Shown here one piece after another: positions 62,701-64,000 of a stretch of 64,000 nt of DNA. The DNA lies in contig OZ076421.1 of the NCBI GenBank assembly GCA_964187785.1, positions 26,660,001 through 26,724,000 of the forward strand, read 5' to 3'. Position 1 is the first letter of the stretch. Every line of letters begins with the position of its first letter. The notes below the pieces were generated by a model. That model was not told the DNA's origin, made no database searches, and saw only the letters and a program-made list of their open reading frames with translations. Made by a program: the position numbers and the translations under genes. Origin of the DNA: Amphiscolops sp. MND2022 (taxonomy: Eukaryota).

Positions 62701-64000
62701 TCGTACGAGAATATTGAACAAATCATCTCGAAGTTTGGGACCAACTAGCAAGTAATCATTAAGTGAAAAACCAGTTGTCGTTTTAGCACTAGCGTCAAAT
62801 ACAACACGCAACTTGGTGGTTGTACTAATTTCTTTCAGCACGCAATGATGAGGCAAGTAGAAGTTTGGAGAATTAGTAATCTCCCCGGGTTGGACCTTCT
62901 CCAAGTGTCCAAGGTCAATGAATTCTTGAATGAAAGCTGAATACTTTCGAGAAAGGTCGACATTATGGCGCAAAGTGTATTCGAGACGAATGAAACGCTT
63001 CATTGCGTTCGCTTTCGAAAGACCTAAATTGTGGGGTCCATCTTTAAATGGCATCTGTACTACGAAACGGCCGTCTTCATTGCGTTTTGTAGTGCTATCG
63101 AAGTGCTCTTCAAAACGACGCTCATCCAAAGTTAAGAGTCTAGTTTCAGGGACACTTTCTACTTCCCAAAATTTCAAAAGGAGTTGGTCAGAGTCACAAT
63201 TCGGAGTGGTAGTCATGTGGGACACAACGTTGTTACTGCCAGACGAATACACAGGACCAGACACTACCCAACCGAATACGGAATCCCGAATGCACAAGCC
63301 GTTGTCCTTTATTTTATTATCAAGCATAATGTCTTCTATAACATCTGCACCTAGCGAGAGGTCAACCTTATTAGGCACGTTGAAAGTGGGATCAGCCAAG
63401 TCAAGATTGTTCACATGGCGCAAGGTCGAAACGTCAATTTCTTTATCAGGAATGGTATTGGAGATTTTTGGTATGAGATGAAGATTAACTTCGATAGTAT
63501 CATTCAACTTCGCAGGCAATAAGCCTCGAGTTTTTTGGAAATGGGAAGAACCAATTGTAGAAACATTTATTTGGCTGCACTGAGTTGGCAGCATGAGCGC
63601 CTTTGCAACATCTTCTGTTACGAAACTGGCTTGTGAACCGGAACCTAAGAGAGCCAGCAGCTTGATCGCGTCTCCCGATGAATTCCGAATTGTTACAAGA
63701 GATGTAGAAAGAAGAACAGTATTTATTTCATTGTCAGCACTAAAGTGCCCTGTGGTGAATTGCTTTGTAGACTCCATTTTGTTGGAAGTTGAATTCATAC
63801 TTGACTAAGTCTTTGTAGAGGTGCGTTGATCAAGGAGCTGTTTCTGAGGTCGATGAAGCAAGGTGTGATGTTTCATTTTGCACTCACGACAAGTGAACTT
63901 AGATGGGCACGCATTAGACGAGTGTCCTGATTGGAAGCAGTTGAAACAGAGCTTTTGGTCTTTTATGAACTTATGTCTATCAGGAAGACACATTCTTTTG
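59719..64000 (-). mobile_element. Second, unrelated BEL/Pao element (internal region, truncated by the window edge), decayed
   Basis: Minus strand: gag CFNC..SGH...C..C..C...HHTLLH, protease ALLGSGSQ (catalytic D to G), RT FYVDD, RNase H LYCDAS, integrase VGLDF, YSDNGKNF and FGGLWES. PPT-like AAGGCAGGCGG at 59719-59729. Confidence 0.93.

Noticed and set aside
61738-63808. Long plus-strand ORFs over the second Pao pol, and similar opposite-strand ORFs over the Gypsy and first Pao pol
   Set aside because: They are antisense to recognisable pol domains and have no motifs of their own.

Overview
AT-rich eukaryotic (metazoan-like) genomic DNA, mostly repeats. The species cannot be identified from sequence alone. 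(1) From 3 to 6193 (+) is a 5'-truncated, five-exon host gene whose splice junctions are all GT-AG and frame-consistent. It encodes NTPase-type helical/LRR-like segments, a ZU5-UPA module with an F|SPxG motif like the NLRP1 self-cleavage site, and C-terminal death-fold sequence. (2) A decayed Gypsy LTR retrotransposon spans 11301-17581 (-), with LTRs, PBS, PPT and a near-perfect 5-bp TSD. (3) A ~21-kb head-to-tail array of about 13 units of ~1.44 kb spans 20980-41965. Each unit appears to be one spliced gene on the minus strand with SGNH/GDSL hydrolase blocks I, II, III and V behind a Cys/His motif. Every copy is frameshifted between blocks I and II. (4) A Tc1 transposon (22469-24599, TA TSD) sits inside the array. 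Its DD34E transposase becomes an uninterrupted 333-aa ORF if a 905-nt GT...AG insert is removed. (5) A full-length decayed BEL/Pao element spans 46928-58390 (TSD TCCCC) with nested non-autonomous insertions, and a second BEL/Pao element (-) runs off the right edge. (6) Also present are HINE/MITE-like repeats, tRNA-derived SINE heads, minisatellites, hairpins and unidentified Cys-rich coding relics. All protein family calls come from motifs read by eye. No database searches were run.
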